Below, in pieces: positions 22,750 to 33,917 of a DNA stretch of 64,000 bases (position 1 is its first letter; each line of letters opens with the position of its first letter). The stretch covers positions 49,914 through 113,913 of the forward strand of contig QCKK01000002.1 in the NCBI GenBank assembly GCA_003215415.1. The letters run 5' to 3'. Below the pieces are notes generated by a model. That model ran no database searches. It saw only the letters and a program-made list of their open reading frames with translations, and had not been told where the DNA came from. This stretch comes from Prochlorococcus sp. AG-409-N21 (GTDB lineage: Bacteria > Cyanobacteriota > Cyanobacteriia > PCC-6307 > Cyanobiaceae). Position numbers and translations under genes: made by a program.

Positions 22750-23663
22750 TAAAAATATTAATTACTGGTGCAAATGGACAACTTGGGACAGAACTTCTTA
22801 AGTCAATACCATCTGATGTGAATGTACTTCCTTTGACTAAAGCAGAACTGGATCTTTACGATACAACGGCATGCAAAAATATTATTTTTAAAGAGCAACC
22901 TGATTGGGTTTTAAATGCAGGTGCTTATACAGCTGTAGACAAAGCTGAAGAAGAGCGGGTTTTAGTAAAAAGGATCAATGCCTATTCTGCCAAAGCTTTT
23001 GCCAAGGCAATTGAAGATACAAATGGAAGACTAATCCAAATTAGTACTGACTTTGTTTTTAATGGATTAAAAAATTCTCCTTACCAGCCCGAAGATCAAG
23101 TAAGTCCTTTAAATATTTACGGAAAAAGCAAAGCACTTGCAGAAAATGCTACGTTAAAAAATCTTGGTTCAATTGGCAGGTCCCATGTTTTAAGAACAAG
23201 CTGGCTTTATGGGCCTACAGGTAATAATTTTCTTCTAACTATGCTTCGCTTACATGAATCTTGTTCTAACAAGAATCAACCTCTTAGCGTAGTATCAGAT
23301 CAAATTGGTTCACCTACTTCAACTAAAAGCCTTTCACAAGCAATATGGAAATTGATAAGCAGTGTTGAGAAAGGTCAATCAATACCCTCAATTCTTCATT
23401 GGAGGGATTCAGGAATAACTAGTTGGTATGACTTTGCTGTAGCCATAGGCGATATTGGCTTATCTGTAGGCCTTTTAAAAAAAGCCGCTTTAGTGAAACC
23501 CATCACAACAGCAGAGTATCCAACAGCAGCAAGAAGACCTTCTTACTCAGTCTTAGATACTAATCAAACACAAAAAGCTTTACAGCTGCAAACCAAACCA
23601 TGGAGAGAAGCTCTTCTGGAAGTAATAAAAGAACTAAAAAATCAAAAGCGAGAGGAGAACTGA
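22746..23663 (+). CDS. rfbD: dTDP-4-dehydrorhamnose reductase
   Basis: ILITGANGQLG, ISTDFVF and YGKSK. The start overlaps the rfbC stop (TTG start in the track). Confidence 0.9.
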   Translation: MIKILITGANGQLGTELLKSIPSDVNVLPLTKAELDLYDTTACKNIIFKEQPDWVLNAGAYTAVDKAEEERVLVKRINAYSAKAFAKAIEDTNGRLIQISTDFVFNGLKNSPYQPEDQVSPLNIYGKSKALAENATLKNLGSIGRSHVLRTSWLYGPTGNNFLLTMLRLHESCSNKNQPLSVVSDQIGSPTSTKSLSQAIWKLISSVEKGQSIPSILHWRDSGITSWYDFAVAIGDIGLSVGLLKKAALVKPITTAEYPTAARRPSYSVLDTNQTQKALQLQTKPWREALLEVIKELKNQKREEN

Positions 23664-23690
23664 TTTAATTGAAATAGCTTTGTTTGTTCA

Positions 23691-24785
23691 TTGTTTACTC
23701 CAAATGGCTTCAAAAGAATATTGGTTACTGGCGGAGCAGGGTTTATTGGTGGAACTCTAATTCGTAAATTGCTAGTTGAAACCGATGCCACAGTTTTCAA
23801 CCTCGACAAGCTCGGCTATGCCAGTGATTTAACAAGTATAAATTTGATTTTAAATCAACTAGGCAGCGAAGGTTCAGACCGCTACAAACTTTTGTCCGTA
23901 GATCTTTTTGATAAACAACAAACTCACGAAGCTATCGCCGCTTCAAATCCAGACCTAGTCTTACATCTTGCAGCAGAAAGTCATGTTGATCGCTCTATCG
24001 AAAGCCCTGAAGCATTTGTGAATAGCAATGTGATAGGGACTTTTAATCTGCTTCAAGCGGTTCTGAAGCACTGGCAAGCTTTACCTAAGGAACGTCAAAA
24101 TAAATTTCGCTTCCATCACATCTCCACAGATGAAGTATTTGGATCTCTAGGAGAACAAGGATTTTTTTCAGAAAAATCTGCATATGACCCTCGTTCTCCG
24201 TATTCAGCGAGTAAAGCTGCTAGCGATCATTTAGTGCATGCATGGCATCACACATATGGATTGCCAATTGTGCTTACTAATTGCTCAAATAATTTTGGTC
24301 CTTGGCAATTCCCTGAAAAACTAATTCCTCTGGTCATTCTTAAAGCACTTAGAGCAGAGCCTATACCCCTCTATGGCGATGGAAAAAATATCCGAGATTG
24401 GTTATATGTTGATGATCATGTCGAAGCATTGCTCTTAGTAGCAACCAAAGGGCAGCTTGGCAAAAGCTATTGCATAGGAGGAAGAAGTGAAAAAAGCAAT
24501 CTGGATGTAGTAAAAGAAATCTGTGTCCTAATGGACAAATTGCGCCCAAAGGAAATGTCCCATAAAGAACTCATTACAAAAGTTGCTGACCGACCAGGCC
24601 ATGACAGAAGATATGCCATCGATTCAACCTGGATCTCTCAAGATCTGGGGTGGACTCCGAAAAATAATTTTCAAACAGGTCTAGAAAAAACTGTATTTTG
24701 GTATCTTCAAAACACAAAGTGGTGCAATGAGATTCGAGAAAAAAGTGCATATATGGGAAATAGAATTGGCTTAAATCAAAGTTGA
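23691..24785 (+). CDS. rfbB: dTDP-glucose 4,6-dehydratase
   Basis: ILVTGGAGFIG, ISTDEVFG, YSASKAASDH and RPGHDRRYAID. Confidence 0.95.
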   Translation: MFTPNGFKRILVTGGAGFIGGTLIRKLLVETDATVFNLDKLGYASDLTSINLILNQLGSEGSDRYKLLSVDLFDKQQTHEAIAASNPDLVLHLAAESHVDRSIESPEAFVNSNVIGTFNLLQAVLKHWQALPKERQNKFRFHHISTDEVFGSLGEQGFFSEKSAYDPRSPYSASKAASDHLVHAWHHTYGLPIVLTNCSNNFGPWQFPEKLIPLVILKALRAEPIPLYGDGKNIRDWLYVDDHVEALLLVATKGQLGKSYCIGGRSEKSNLDVVKEICVLMDKLRPKEMSHKELITKVADRPGHDRRYAIDSTWISQDLGWTPKNNFQTGLEKTVFWYLQNTKWCNEIREKSAYMGNRIGLNQS

Positions 24786-24901
24786 GGTTTTTAATTCCTA
24801 ACTACTGTGCAAATAATGAAAACTTAAAAAAAAAGCAAATGTTTCTTTTGGCTTAATGCACTAAAAGGGCACTACTGTCTTAAATGAGATAGAAAATCAA
24901 A

Positions 24902-25897
24902 ATGTCTTCGGCGCTTTCCCGTTGTCTAGAAGAAGAAGCTGCCGCAATTGCATCGGCTGCAAGTCGTTTGCCTAAAAATCAGGTAGAGGCAGCATTGGGA
25001 TTACTAGATGAATGTGTTTCCAAACGCAGCAAATTAGTAATCACCGGCGTTGGGAAAAGTGGGATTGTTGCTCGCAAAATCGCAGCTACTTTTTCATCAA
25101 TAGGCTTAATGGCCATTTATTTAAATCCACTTGATGCCCTCCATGGAGACTTAGGGGTAGTAGCCAAAGATGATCTCGCTTTATTGCTTTCAAATAGTGG
25201 AGAAACTGAAGAGCTATTACAAATACTTCCCCACCTCAAAAAACGAGGAACTTCCAGAATAGCTCTGGTTGGCCAAGTGAATTCAAGCCTTGCACATGGC
25301 TGTGACGTAGTTCTTGATGGCTCTGTTAATCGTGAAGTATGTCCTCTCAATCTTGCTCCGACAGCCAGTACAGCTGTAGCAATGGCGATTGGTGATGCCC
25401 TTGCAGCAGTATGGATGGAAAGAAGAGGTATTTCTCAAGAAGATTTTGCTCTTAATCACCCTGCAGGATCTTTAGGAAAGCAATTAACTCTTACAGCGTC
25501 AGACTTAATGGTGCCTTGTAGCAAATTAGTCCCACTAAAGGCAGACACATGTTTAGCAGATGTGATTGCACATCTAACGAGTGATGGAGTAGGTGCATGT
25601 TGGGTAGCAAGTACTACGAATCAAACCCATTTAGAAGGACTTATTACTGATGGAGATCTACGGAGAGCACTTCAAAGCCATTCAACTGCCAATTGGAGCG
25701 AATTAACTGCAAAAGATTTAATGACTATTGACCCAATCACAATTAGTGGATTGACACTAGCTATAGATGCACTCGAACAAATGGAGCGCAATCGAAGAAA
25801 ATCTATTGCCGTTCTCCCAGTAGTTAATACCCAGAAAGAAATGCTTGGACTTTTAAGGTTACATGATCTTGTCGAAGCAGGTCTAACTAAATCATAA
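24902..25897 (+). CDS. kdsD: Arabinose-5-phosphate isomerase (SIS domain plus CBS pair), KdsD/KpsF type
   Basis: The SIS motif (VITGVGKSGIVARKIAATF, SNSGET) is followed by two CBS-like modules. Confidence 0.9.
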   Translation: MSSALSRCLEEEAAAIASAASRLPKNQVEAALGLLDECVSKRSKLVITGVGKSGIVARKIAATFSSIGLMAIYLNPLDALHGDLGVVAKDDLALLLSNSGETEELLQILPHLKKRGTSRIALVGQVNSSLAHGCDVVLDGSVNREVCPLNLAPTASTAVAMAIGDALAAVWMERRGISQEDFALNHPAGSLGKQLTLTASDLMVPCSKLVPLKADTCLADVIAHLTSDGVGACWVASTTNQTHLEGLITDGDLRRALQSHSTANWSELTAKDLMTIDPITISGLTLAIDALEQMERNRRKSIAVLPVVNTQKEMLGLLRLHDLVEAGLTKS

Positions 25898-25910
25898 ACA
25901 TTCTTTCCTA

Positions 25911-26492
25911 ATGATTAATCCTAATTTCCTATTGAATATAAAAAGTACATTGCAATGGTGGAAGTTAAGAAAGAAACTAAAATCAATAAAAGTTCTAGTT
26001 CTTGATGTAGACGGAGTTCTTACAGATGGAGGATTATTTTATAATTCAAAAGGTGAAATAAGTAAACGCTTTAATGTGAAAGATGGTCTGGGAATTCGTC
26101 TTCTGCAAAATACTGGTATAGAAGTAGTTTTTCTAAGTGGAGGCAAGGGAGATGCTACCGAATCAAGAGCTATTGACCTAGGCATTACTCATTGCATAGT
26201 CAATGCGAAAGACAAACCAGAGGCTATAGAGGAACTTTGTAATAAAACCGGAATCTTTCCAAACAGAATTTTATTTGTAGGAGATGATCTTAATGATCTT
26301 GCACTTAAGAATAAAGTGGCTTTATTAATAGCAACATTTGATGCAATGCCTTCTTTAAAGAAAAACGCAGATGCAATTTTAAATAAAAATGGTGGCGAAG
26401 GTGCAGTCAGAGAAATTGCCGAAAGATTATTAAAAGCACAGGGGTCTTGGAAAGAAATTAACAACAAAGGCTGGAGAGATAGAAATGACTAG
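25911..26492 (+). CDS. kdsC: 3-deoxy-D-manno-octulosonate 8-phosphate phosphatase (HAD-IIIA)
   Basis: LVLDVDGVLTDG, KDG and VGDDLNDL motifs, in Kdo gene context. Confidence 0.8.
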   Translation: MINPNFLLNIKSTLQWWKLRKKLKSIKVLVLDVDGVLTDGGLFYNSKGEISKRFNVKDGLGIRLLQNTGIEVVFLSGGKGDATESRAIDLGITHCIVNAKDKPEAIEELCNKTGIFPNRILFVGDDLNDLALKNKVALLIATFDAMPSLKKNADAILNKNGGEGAVREIAERLLKAQGSWKEINNKGWRDRND

Positions 26493-26546
26493 AGTCAAAG
26501 ACTTATGAAGATATAAGTTAAGAAAAAGTCGAATCTAATTTAAGTA

Positions 26547-27374
26547 TTAAGTTCCACTTTCAGAAGCATGTGCTATTCGCCTAGCTTGTTCAAGTTGGTC
26601 ATAAGTGTCTACAGAAAGAGATTCTCCATCTACTATAAAAGTACCAATCTCTATCCCTGCCTCAATTAGTCTCAACTGTTCCAACCTCTCGATTCTTTCA
26701 AGTGGTGAATCTGGAAGATTGTTCCAACCCTGAAGTACGTCACCTCTATATCCATATATTCCTACATGTCCCCAAAATGTTGCTTTAGATGACCAATCTT
26801 CAGGTTTTTCACCACGTACATGGGGCAATGCAGACCTTGAAAAATATATTGCTCTTCCATCTTGACTTAATAACGTTTTTACAACATTTGGATTATGAAT
26901 TTTATCAGGTGGCAACCGATAAATTGGTGTCAAAACAGAAGGAGTTGGAGAACGATTTACAAACTGATCTGCCATTAGATCAATGATCTTTGGATCAATA
27001 AATGGTTGATCTCCCTGAACATTAATTATGACACATTCCGATAAATCTAGCGAAGAATTCTTCTGACCTTTCCCTTTCAATTCGTCTTTGGCAATCAATA
27101 ACAGGTCATCCGAAACTGAGGCAATTCTTTGACTACCTGATTCACAATTAGGACTTGTGAGTAAAGCAGGAAATCCCAAATCCTTTGCCAGATCAACCAA
27201 GAGTTGATTATCAGTACAAAGTACAGTCGCAATAGGTTGTTGAGCACATGAACATCTCTCAAGTACTCTTTGCAACATAGGTTTTCCTGATATATCAGCA
27301 AGAACTTTATTAGGCAGTCTGCTGGATTCCAATCGCGCTGGAACTGCAACAATAATGGTAGGAGTTTCTTTCAT
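26547..27374 (-). CDS. kdsB: 3-deoxy-manno-octulosonate cytidylyltransferase (CMP-Kdo synthetase)
   Basis: VAVPARLESSRLPNKVL, NVQGDQPFI and LEQLR motifs. Confidence 0.88.
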   Translation of the reverse strand: MKETPTIIVAVPARLESSRLPNKVLADISGKPMLQRVLERCSCAQQPIATVLCTDNQLLVDLAKDLGFPALLTSPNCESGSQRIASVSDDLLLIAKDELKGKGQKNSSLDLSECVIINVQGDQPFIDPKIIDLMADQFVNRSPTPSVLTPIYRLPPDKIHNPNVVKTLLSQDGRAIYFSRSALPHVRGEKPEDWSSKATFWGHVGIYGYRGDVLQGWNNLPDSPLERIERLEQLRLIEAGIEIGTFIVDGESLSVDTYDQLEQARRIAHASESGT

Positions 27375-27389
27375 GGAAGTATAAAAAGT

Positions 27390-28094
27390 TTAGTCCCAAA
27401 GCTTAAAGGCATCATCTCGAGACGCATACCATTCTGCCGCCAAGACACCACCCATTGTTCGTTGATCTAAGAACCAAGGACCTCCCAGAGTCCAATGCAA
27501 CATTAAAGCGTTGTTACCCTTTGATGAGTCTTGTACAGAAACTAGATGGTTCCAGACTTCTGGCAAATTGCCAATCTCATGATCACCTTTCAGCCAATGA
27601 AAGCGATGCAACTCCAAGCCGGTAGCTTTGTTTATATAGTTAGGGGTAAGTAAATTGCATTTAGTGCAATTTAAAAGCATTAGTGAACTCCAATTCTTCT
27701 TGGGGTAGGGACTTTGTACTTCACCTTGAAACTTGACACTCTCTTGAGGTTTATGATCATGTTGCACACACATAACAGCATATTTCTCATCTCTTAAATC
27801 CCATAATTGGCGAATATCACCACGACACAACATATCGCAATCCATGAAGATTGCCCAACCCTCATAATTGACAAGATGGGGAACTAAAAATCGTGTAAAT
27901 GAAAAAGCTGTACTTTGCTTAGGATCTTTTTCTCGCCAATAAAGACCTTGCTTTTCTAACTGCGGTGTAACCAATGGAGTTATTGAAAGAGGAGCAGTGG
28001 TGTTTTGATAAAGGCTATCTATCAAAACATTGGTGGCAGCTCTTTCACGAGGGTCATACCCTATAAAGATAGGAATAGTTTTATTCATTTCCAA
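27390..28094 (-). CDS. Nucleotide-diphospho-sugar transferase, GT8-like
   Basis: GT-A-like pattern with RFLVPHL and a DxD motif (FMDCDMLC). Family-level guess only. Confidence 0.5.
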   Translation of the reverse strand: MEMNKTIPIFIGYDPRERAATNVLIDSLYQNTTAPLSITPLVTPQLEKQGLYWREKDPKQSTAFSFTRFLVPHLVNYEGWAIFMDCDMLCRGDIRQLWDLRDEKYAVMCVQHDHKPQESVKFQGEVQSPYPKKNWSSLMLLNCTKCNLLTPNYINKATGLELHRFHWLKGDHEIGNLPEVWNHLVSVQDSSKGNNALMLHWTLGGPWFLDQRTMGGVLAAEWYASRDDAFKLWD

Positions 28095-28534
28095 AGATTA
28101 CGAGCATTACCCACAATTTTGGCAACCTCCTTCGGATCAATCGAATTAGAAGTGCCATTGCAAACATTTCGATAATGATCTGCTAGAGCCCAAGCTTTGG
28201 TGGCGAAATCCCCCTCAAACCTTGGTATTAAATGAAGATGAAGGTGCTTTGCGCCTTCACCAAATGCTATCGAATAGATGCGATCGCATCCTGTGAGTTC
28301 TCTGACCAAGCATGAAGCACGCTTCACTGACAATCCCCAATCAGATGCTTCTTTCTGATTAAATTCCACTGGTCCACCTATATGTCGAACAGCATCTAAT
28401 ATGAGCCAACCCAAAAGAGGTGAAGGATCTGGGTGGTGGCGCAATATCCACAATTCATTGCGGCCTATTTCCCAATTTTCTTGCGCTAAATAATCATGGT
28501 GAATTTTGCAAATATCACAATCAAGAAAAGCCAT
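28085..28534 (-). CDS. HIT family (histidine triad) protein
   Basis: HLHLHLIP histidine-triad motif. Overlaps the downstream GT8-like gene by 10 nt. Confidence 0.7.
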   Translation of the reverse strand: MAFLDCDICKIHHDYLAQENWEIGRNELWILRHHPDPSPLLGWLILDAVRHIGGPVEFNQKEASDWGLSVKRASCLVRELTGCDRIYSIAFGEGAKHLHLHLIPRFEGDFATKAWALADHYRNVCNGTSNSIDPKEVAKIVGNARNLWK

Positions 28535-28710
28535 ATATTCCGAAAGTTAGTAATTCCATAATCCCATAAAATATCTAATGATCATCTGTAAATAATTAAA
28601 AGCTAATATCAAGCATCAATTCACGGGTGCGAAAATCTAAAAAGATATTCAAGTAATAGGTATTTCCTTTACCAATAGCTAGTTAACGTTATAAAATTAA
28701 ATCAATATAG

Positions 28711-29571
<861 letters not shown>

Positions 29572-29621
29572 TACATAATAGAATAAGTTATTAAATAATA
29601 GAAAAGTTGCGGCAACAAATG

Positions 29622-30125
29622 CTATCTTCTTTTGAAAATCATTAAAGGTGCAAGATCATTAGTCATGCAAGAATAATAAATCAAAGGTCCAAAATTCTTT
29701 TCATGATATTCCTTTCCTTGATTCTCATAGTTCTTCGCTCGATAGGCAACATATTCAGGCTTCATATTGATATATTCATCAATCAAGCTCCAACCACTAC
29801 CCTTAGACTGTCGCTCTAAATGCTGATGAACTGCCAAGTAAAATACAGTATTATATTGTTGATGGAGTTCTTTTATCACACCTTTTTCCGCCAAGGATGT
29901 CTGTATTATTTTAGATTTTTTAGCAGGTAGAATATGTTTTAAAACAGCTATGTTCTCACTTGAATGATCAATACAAGTCACGTGCTTTGCTCCATGTTCC
30001 AATGCCTTTAGACTTTGAATGCCAACATTGGCTCCTAAGTCCAGGATTGATTTGCCTTGACAAAGAATCTGCATAGGTGAAAGATCTAACAATCTGTCAT
30101 AGCCTGAGAGCAACATATCTTTCAT
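29622..30125 (-). CDS. Class I SAM-dependent methyltransferase
   Basis: Motif I ILDLGANVG followed by an acidic residue in CIDHS. Confidence 0.6.
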   Translation of the reverse strand: MKDMLLSGYDRLLDLSPMQILCQGKSILDLGANVGIQSLKALEHGAKHVTCIDHSSENIAVLKHILPAKKSKIIQTSLAEKGVIKELHQQYNTVFYLAVHQHLERQSKGSGWSLIDEYINMKPEYVAYRAKNYENQGKEYHEKNFGPLIYYSCMTNDLAPLMIFKRR

Positions 30126-30135
30126 AATTCAAGGC

Positions 30136-31038
30136 TCATTCAAAAATTTTGTTGTCCATTACCTTAGTTAAATAACCAAGTTCCTTAAGTGTATCTTGTA
30201 TATGAGACTTTATGAGAAATTCATCTTTAATCCCATGCTTGCTAGAATTCTCCACTGGCAAATGGTGGAAAGGAACAATCTTTTCACAAGGCAATCCAAT
30301 CAACGAAAATACATCCTGAGAAGATTTTAATTGTTGAAAACCAAATGACTTGATATATCCTATTCTTTGCAGTTGATTCAGAAAATCCTTATGCAATACT
30401 GTACTAATTGAAGATGCATTTAATTGAGATGATTCCAAATGAATCTGTTTCTCAATATATTCTGATGGAGTTATGCTCCTATAATTAAGTTGTCTTCTCT
30501 GTAAGCAGCATCTATTAAACTTTGAAACAAGATGAGGTATAGGATCCCTTAAACAAAGACTAATTAAAGGAGGCTCTGAAGTGGCAATTTTAATTGCCTG
30601 ACCCAAAATAAATATTGGGAACGGGCCTTGTTTGTTACTAGAACGACAACTAATTGAAGCACCTGTCTCACTCAACATTTCACTTGAGATAAAAATATTT
30701 TTATAATCTCTACCATGATTTAATAAGAGAACTATCGATTCAACTAAATATTCAAATAAGTCTGGTGCTTGTTCAGAATATTTGGTCGCAAGTATAGACA
30801 ACGGAAAGATAAGGTCTCTAGCTAAGCCTCCAATGTCATCTTTGTTTTTACTATAATAAGTTAAATGTTCCTTAATATCAGGGCGTGTACTAATTACTTT
30901 CCCTGGACTTTGCTGCTTTATAGATGATTTATAGGCCTTCTTCGTAACAAGAAGATTAGACTTTATCTCTGGGAAAAGTGACTTTTGAAGCGTCGTTGTT
31001 GCGGTTCGAGAAGTCCCAATATGAGTTATAACTGCCAT
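30136..31038 (-). CDS. Hypothetical protein, possibly sulfotransferase-like
   Basis: The N-terminal IGTSRTATTTL resembles a 5'-PSB loop, and CLRDPIPHLVSKF resembles the 3'-PB motif (compare LLRDPVDRTLSQY and IIRDPIEVSNSLY in the two clearer sulfotransferases at 61-63 kb). By-eye call only. Confidence 0.4.
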   Translation of the reverse strand: MAVITHIGTSRTATTTLQKSLFPEIKSNLLVTKKAYKSSIKQQSPGKVISTRPDIKEHLTYYSKNKDDIGGLARDLIFPLSILATKYSEQAPDLFEYLVESIVLLLNHGRDYKNIFISSEMLSETGASISCRSSNKQGPFPIFILGQAIKIATSEPPLISLCLRDPIPHLVSKFNRCCLQRRQLNYRSITPSEYIEKQIHLESSQLNASSISTVLHKDFLNQLQRIGYIKSFGFQQLKSSQDVFSLIGLPCEKIVPFHHLPVENSSKHGIKDEFLIKSHIQDTLKELGYLTKVMDNKIFE

Positions 31039-31113
31039 ATAAGTTTGAGCATATGAAAACCAGTTACCTCTCTGGAGATGCTTTCGATGTGTCTATGCAT
31101 GAAGAAGTAACCT

Positions 31114-32262
31114 ATGAGCATGGAAAATCCTGAAAGTACTACTAGTAACTCGGAGACCAAGTTTAAGCCAAAGCAGATCTTTACAAAAGCTGCGGATCGT
31201 TGGCTTGCGAAAAATCGGTCTTTGGTACTAAGGCAAACCCCTATATGGGCTCAGAGTCTAGTTGGGATTGGAGTAAGCCTAGGAGGAATTGTCATTTTAG
31301 GAGCCTCACTTTTCCGCATTGATGAGGTCGTTACTGTATATGGACAACTAGAGTCATTAATTGGTCTTACTGAAGTAAAGACTCCATCAGGAGGAAAAGT
31401 CTCAGAAGTATTTTTTAGAGATGGGCAACTAGTAAAAAAAGGTCAGTTACTTTTAAGGTTTGATACAAGGCAAGCCTCATATGATAAGGAAACAATGACA
31501 AGACTAATTGAACTCGAAAAAAAAGATCTGACTGGCAGGCTTGATATTTTAAGGTCAAGAGAAGATGTATTAGAACAAAAACTCAAAACCAATAAGCAAA
31601 TTACATCATCACTGAAAGAACTTGTAGAGAAAGGCGCCTACCAAAGGGTACAGTACTTACAACAACTAGATACACTTTACGAAATCAAAAGCCAACTATC
31701 GAATGTTCAACTTGACATGAAGCGTACAAGGCTTGAATCTGAAAAGGCTCTGGGCCAATACAAAAATAGATTAAATAATGCAGACATCCAACTGCAATAT
31801 CAAACTGTATTAGCACCCGTAAATGGTGTTGTTTTTGATCCCAAAGTAGGTGTGGCAGGTGTAATCCAATCTGGTCAAACAATTTTAAAATTAGTGCCTC
31901 AGGAAGGCCTTAAAGCAAAAGTTGTTGTTGCAAATAAAGACATAGGTTTTGTAAAAACAGGTATGGAAGCAAAAGTAAGAGTTGATGCCTTTCCTTTTAC
32001 TCGGTATGGAGAGCTGGTTGGCAAAGTCACCAGCATTGGTGCTGATGCACTACCCCCAGATGAAAAAATGTCTTTTTATCGATTTCCTGTGCAATTAAGT
32101 TTAAATAAGTCTTACTTAGAAGCTGAAGGGGTGAAAATACCTTTAAGAAGCGGAATGGCGGTCACAGCCAACCTAAAATTGCGCGATAAAAGAGTAATTA
32201 GCTTAATATCAGACATACTGGTAGATCAAACTGAAACTGTAAAGTCAATACGACAACAATAA
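31114..32262 (+). CDS. HlyD-family type I secretion membrane fusion (periplasmic adaptor) protein
   Basis: One N-terminal TM helix (LVGIGVSLGGIVILGASLF), a long coiled-coil region, and lipoyl/beta-barrel motifs (GQLLLRFD, VLAPVNGVV). Confidence 0.85.
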   Translation: MSMENPESTTSNSETKFKPKQIFTKAADRWLAKNRSLVLRQTPIWAQSLVGIGVSLGGIVILGASLFRIDEVVTVYGQLESLIGLTEVKTPSGGKVSEVFFRDGQLVKKGQLLLRFDTRQASYDKETMTRLIELEKKDLTGRLDILRSREDVLEQKLKTNKQITSSLKELVEKGAYQRVQYLQQLDTLYEIKSQLSNVQLDMKRTRLESEKALGQYKNRLNNADIQLQYQTVLAPVNGVVFDPKVGVAGVIQSGQTILKLVPQEGLKAKVVVANKDIGFVKTGMEAKVRVDAFPFTRYGELVGKVTSIGADALPPDEKMSFYRFPVQLSLNKSYLEAEGVKIPLRSGMAVTANLKLRDKRVISLISDILVDQTETVKSIRQQ

Positions 32263-32285
32263 GCAAGCCAATTACCAAGATTAAA

Positions 32286-33080
32286 TTAGGAATTATCAGT
32301 AGTTTGAGATGATTTAATTTCTTGATCTAAAATCTGTTCGGTATTATCTTGATTCAAAATAGATTCCCCAGAATCATCTTTTTTATCTAATTCTTTACCC
32401 TTCTTTTTGGACTTTTTAGGGACGTAATCAGGTCCATCCAAGACCCCTCCAGCCAACATAGTATTTGCGACTTGCATTTTATTTAAAAATGCATTCATTA
32501 TTGGAAGCAAAGAAGAAGTTTGAGTCGCTGCAATCACAAGTTTCTGAGGCAATCCTTTCGTATGCATAACTGGAAAAGCAGTAATACAAGAGAAAATTTG
32601 GGAGATTCGTCCTATCCACCACTCAGGAGGAGCAAGAAGGATATGTGCATTACGTCCATCTGCAAGATTTTTAACTGCTGGTTGTAAGTCAATAACTAAA
32701 TAACAAAATCTTTTTGTTAAATCTCTAATGTCACAAAGAACTGCATCAATGCTGTCCATCTCAATGTGCTCGAGGACATCAAGACATGTCAATATATCTA
32801 CGGGTTTATCTGGCTTATTTTCCCAAGTTTTCACAGCTGGATCATATCCAAAAATCTCAATAGTGGATGGCAATTCCTTTCTTAAGCGCTCCACAAGTCT
32901 TCCTTTTCCTGTTCCATAGTCGAGAACTGAATTGCAAATTGTTAGCTCATGCATTCTTATTAGAGACTTCGGAAGACGTAGGGTCATCCCACCAGCATCG
33001 TCTCTACCTCCAAAGCCCTCATCGGATTCATGCAGAGCCTGATTAAGGGCTTTCTGCTCATCTGAAATAACCTTACCCAT
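32286..33080 (-). CDS. Class I SAM-dependent methyltransferase with K/D/S-rich C-terminal tail
   Basis: Motif I VLDYGTGKGRL and motif II ILTCLDVLEH. The tail is KKSKKKGKELDKKDD... Confidence 0.65.
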   Translation of the reverse strand: MGKVISDEQKALNQALHESDEGFGGRDDAGGMTLRLPKSLIRMHELTICNSVLDYGTGKGRLVERLRKELPSTIEIFGYDPAVKTWENKPDKPVDILTCLDVLEHIEMDSIDAVLCDIRDLTKRFCYLVIDLQPAVKNLADGRNAHILLAPPEWWIGRISQIFSCITAFPVMHTKGLPQKLVIAATQTSSLLPIMNAFLNKMQVANTMLAGGVLDGPDYVPKKSKKKGKELDKKDDSGESILNQDNTEQILDQEIKSSQTTDNS

Positions 33081-33095
33081 TGATGTAATGCCACC

Positions 33096-33917
33096 TTGCC
33101 TGGCATTCTTTCATGTATGACCATCGATACACCACAATCCGCTCCTCTTTTGGAACCAGATCCTGAAAAATGGCTCACTCCTCAGCGACTGGAGCAACTG
33201 AATCAACAAATAGAAGGAAGCAAGAAACTTCTTAAGCAAGCAGGCTTATTAAGGGCAGCACTTGGATATTGGGTTAGATGGGAGGTATCCCTTGAAGCCA
33301 ATTGGGGTCAAGATGAAGAAAACACAATCCTGGATGACTTAGAGAAAGACTGGCTTGAGAAAAGCAGTCAATCAGAACAAAAACAAACTTACTCGGACAA
33401 TGAATTGAGAGAAAAGTTAAGAGTGTCTCCAGGTTCACTTGTTTGGGCTCGGGAGCAATGGTCTCATCGGTTGGAATCAATCTATTTAGAACGAAAAAGT
33501 CAACTAGATCAAGCAAGTTGCAGATTAATTAGAGTTAGAGATAAAGGCATCGCACTAGAGCTGCATCACCGCATCAAAGCTGGCGAAACTTCCTTTGAGC
33601 AAGCTGCAAGAGAATATGGTCAAGGATCTGAAAGAAGAAATAATGGTCTTATACCAATGCAGACATTAGAAAAAATGCCCTTTGGTCTTGCGCCACTGCT
33701 AGTTCGATTAGAACCGGGCCGCTTAAGTCTCCCAATGCGCCTTGGGGAAGGTTTTTGTCTCGTTCAATTAGAGAGTTTTAAGCCCAGCCAATATGACAAA
33801 GCAACAGAAGAACTGCTTCTTGCAGAACAGCTGAGACTCTGGATCGATTCAGTGGTTAATTATCTCTTGTCTGTCTTAAGTTCAGAAGAACAAGCACAAG
33901 TTGAGACGAGCCATTGA
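33096..33917 (+). CDS. Parvulin-like peptidyl-prolyl isomerase domain protein (SurA/PpiC-like), no signal peptide
   Basis: The C-terminal half (RIKAGETSFEQAAREYGQGSERRNNGL...GRLSLPMRLGEGFCLVQLE) matches the rotamase pattern. The track start is TTG 33096, and an in-frame ATG at 33117 (MTIDTPQ...) is the more likely start. The stop overlaps the ABC gene start. Confidence 0.5.
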   Translation: MPGILSCMTIDTPQSAPLLEPDPEKWLTPQRLEQLNQQIEGSKKLLKQAGLLRAALGYWVRWEVSLEANWGQDEENTILDDLEKDWLEKSSQSEQKQTYSDNELREKLRVSPGSLVWAREQWSHRLESIYLERKSQLDQASCRLIRVRDKGIALELHHRIKAGETSFEQAAREYGQGSERRNNGLIPMQTLEKMPFGLAPLLVRLEPGRLSLPMRLGEGFCLVQLESFKPSQYDKATEELLLAEQLRLWIDSVVNYLLSVLSSEEQAQVETSH

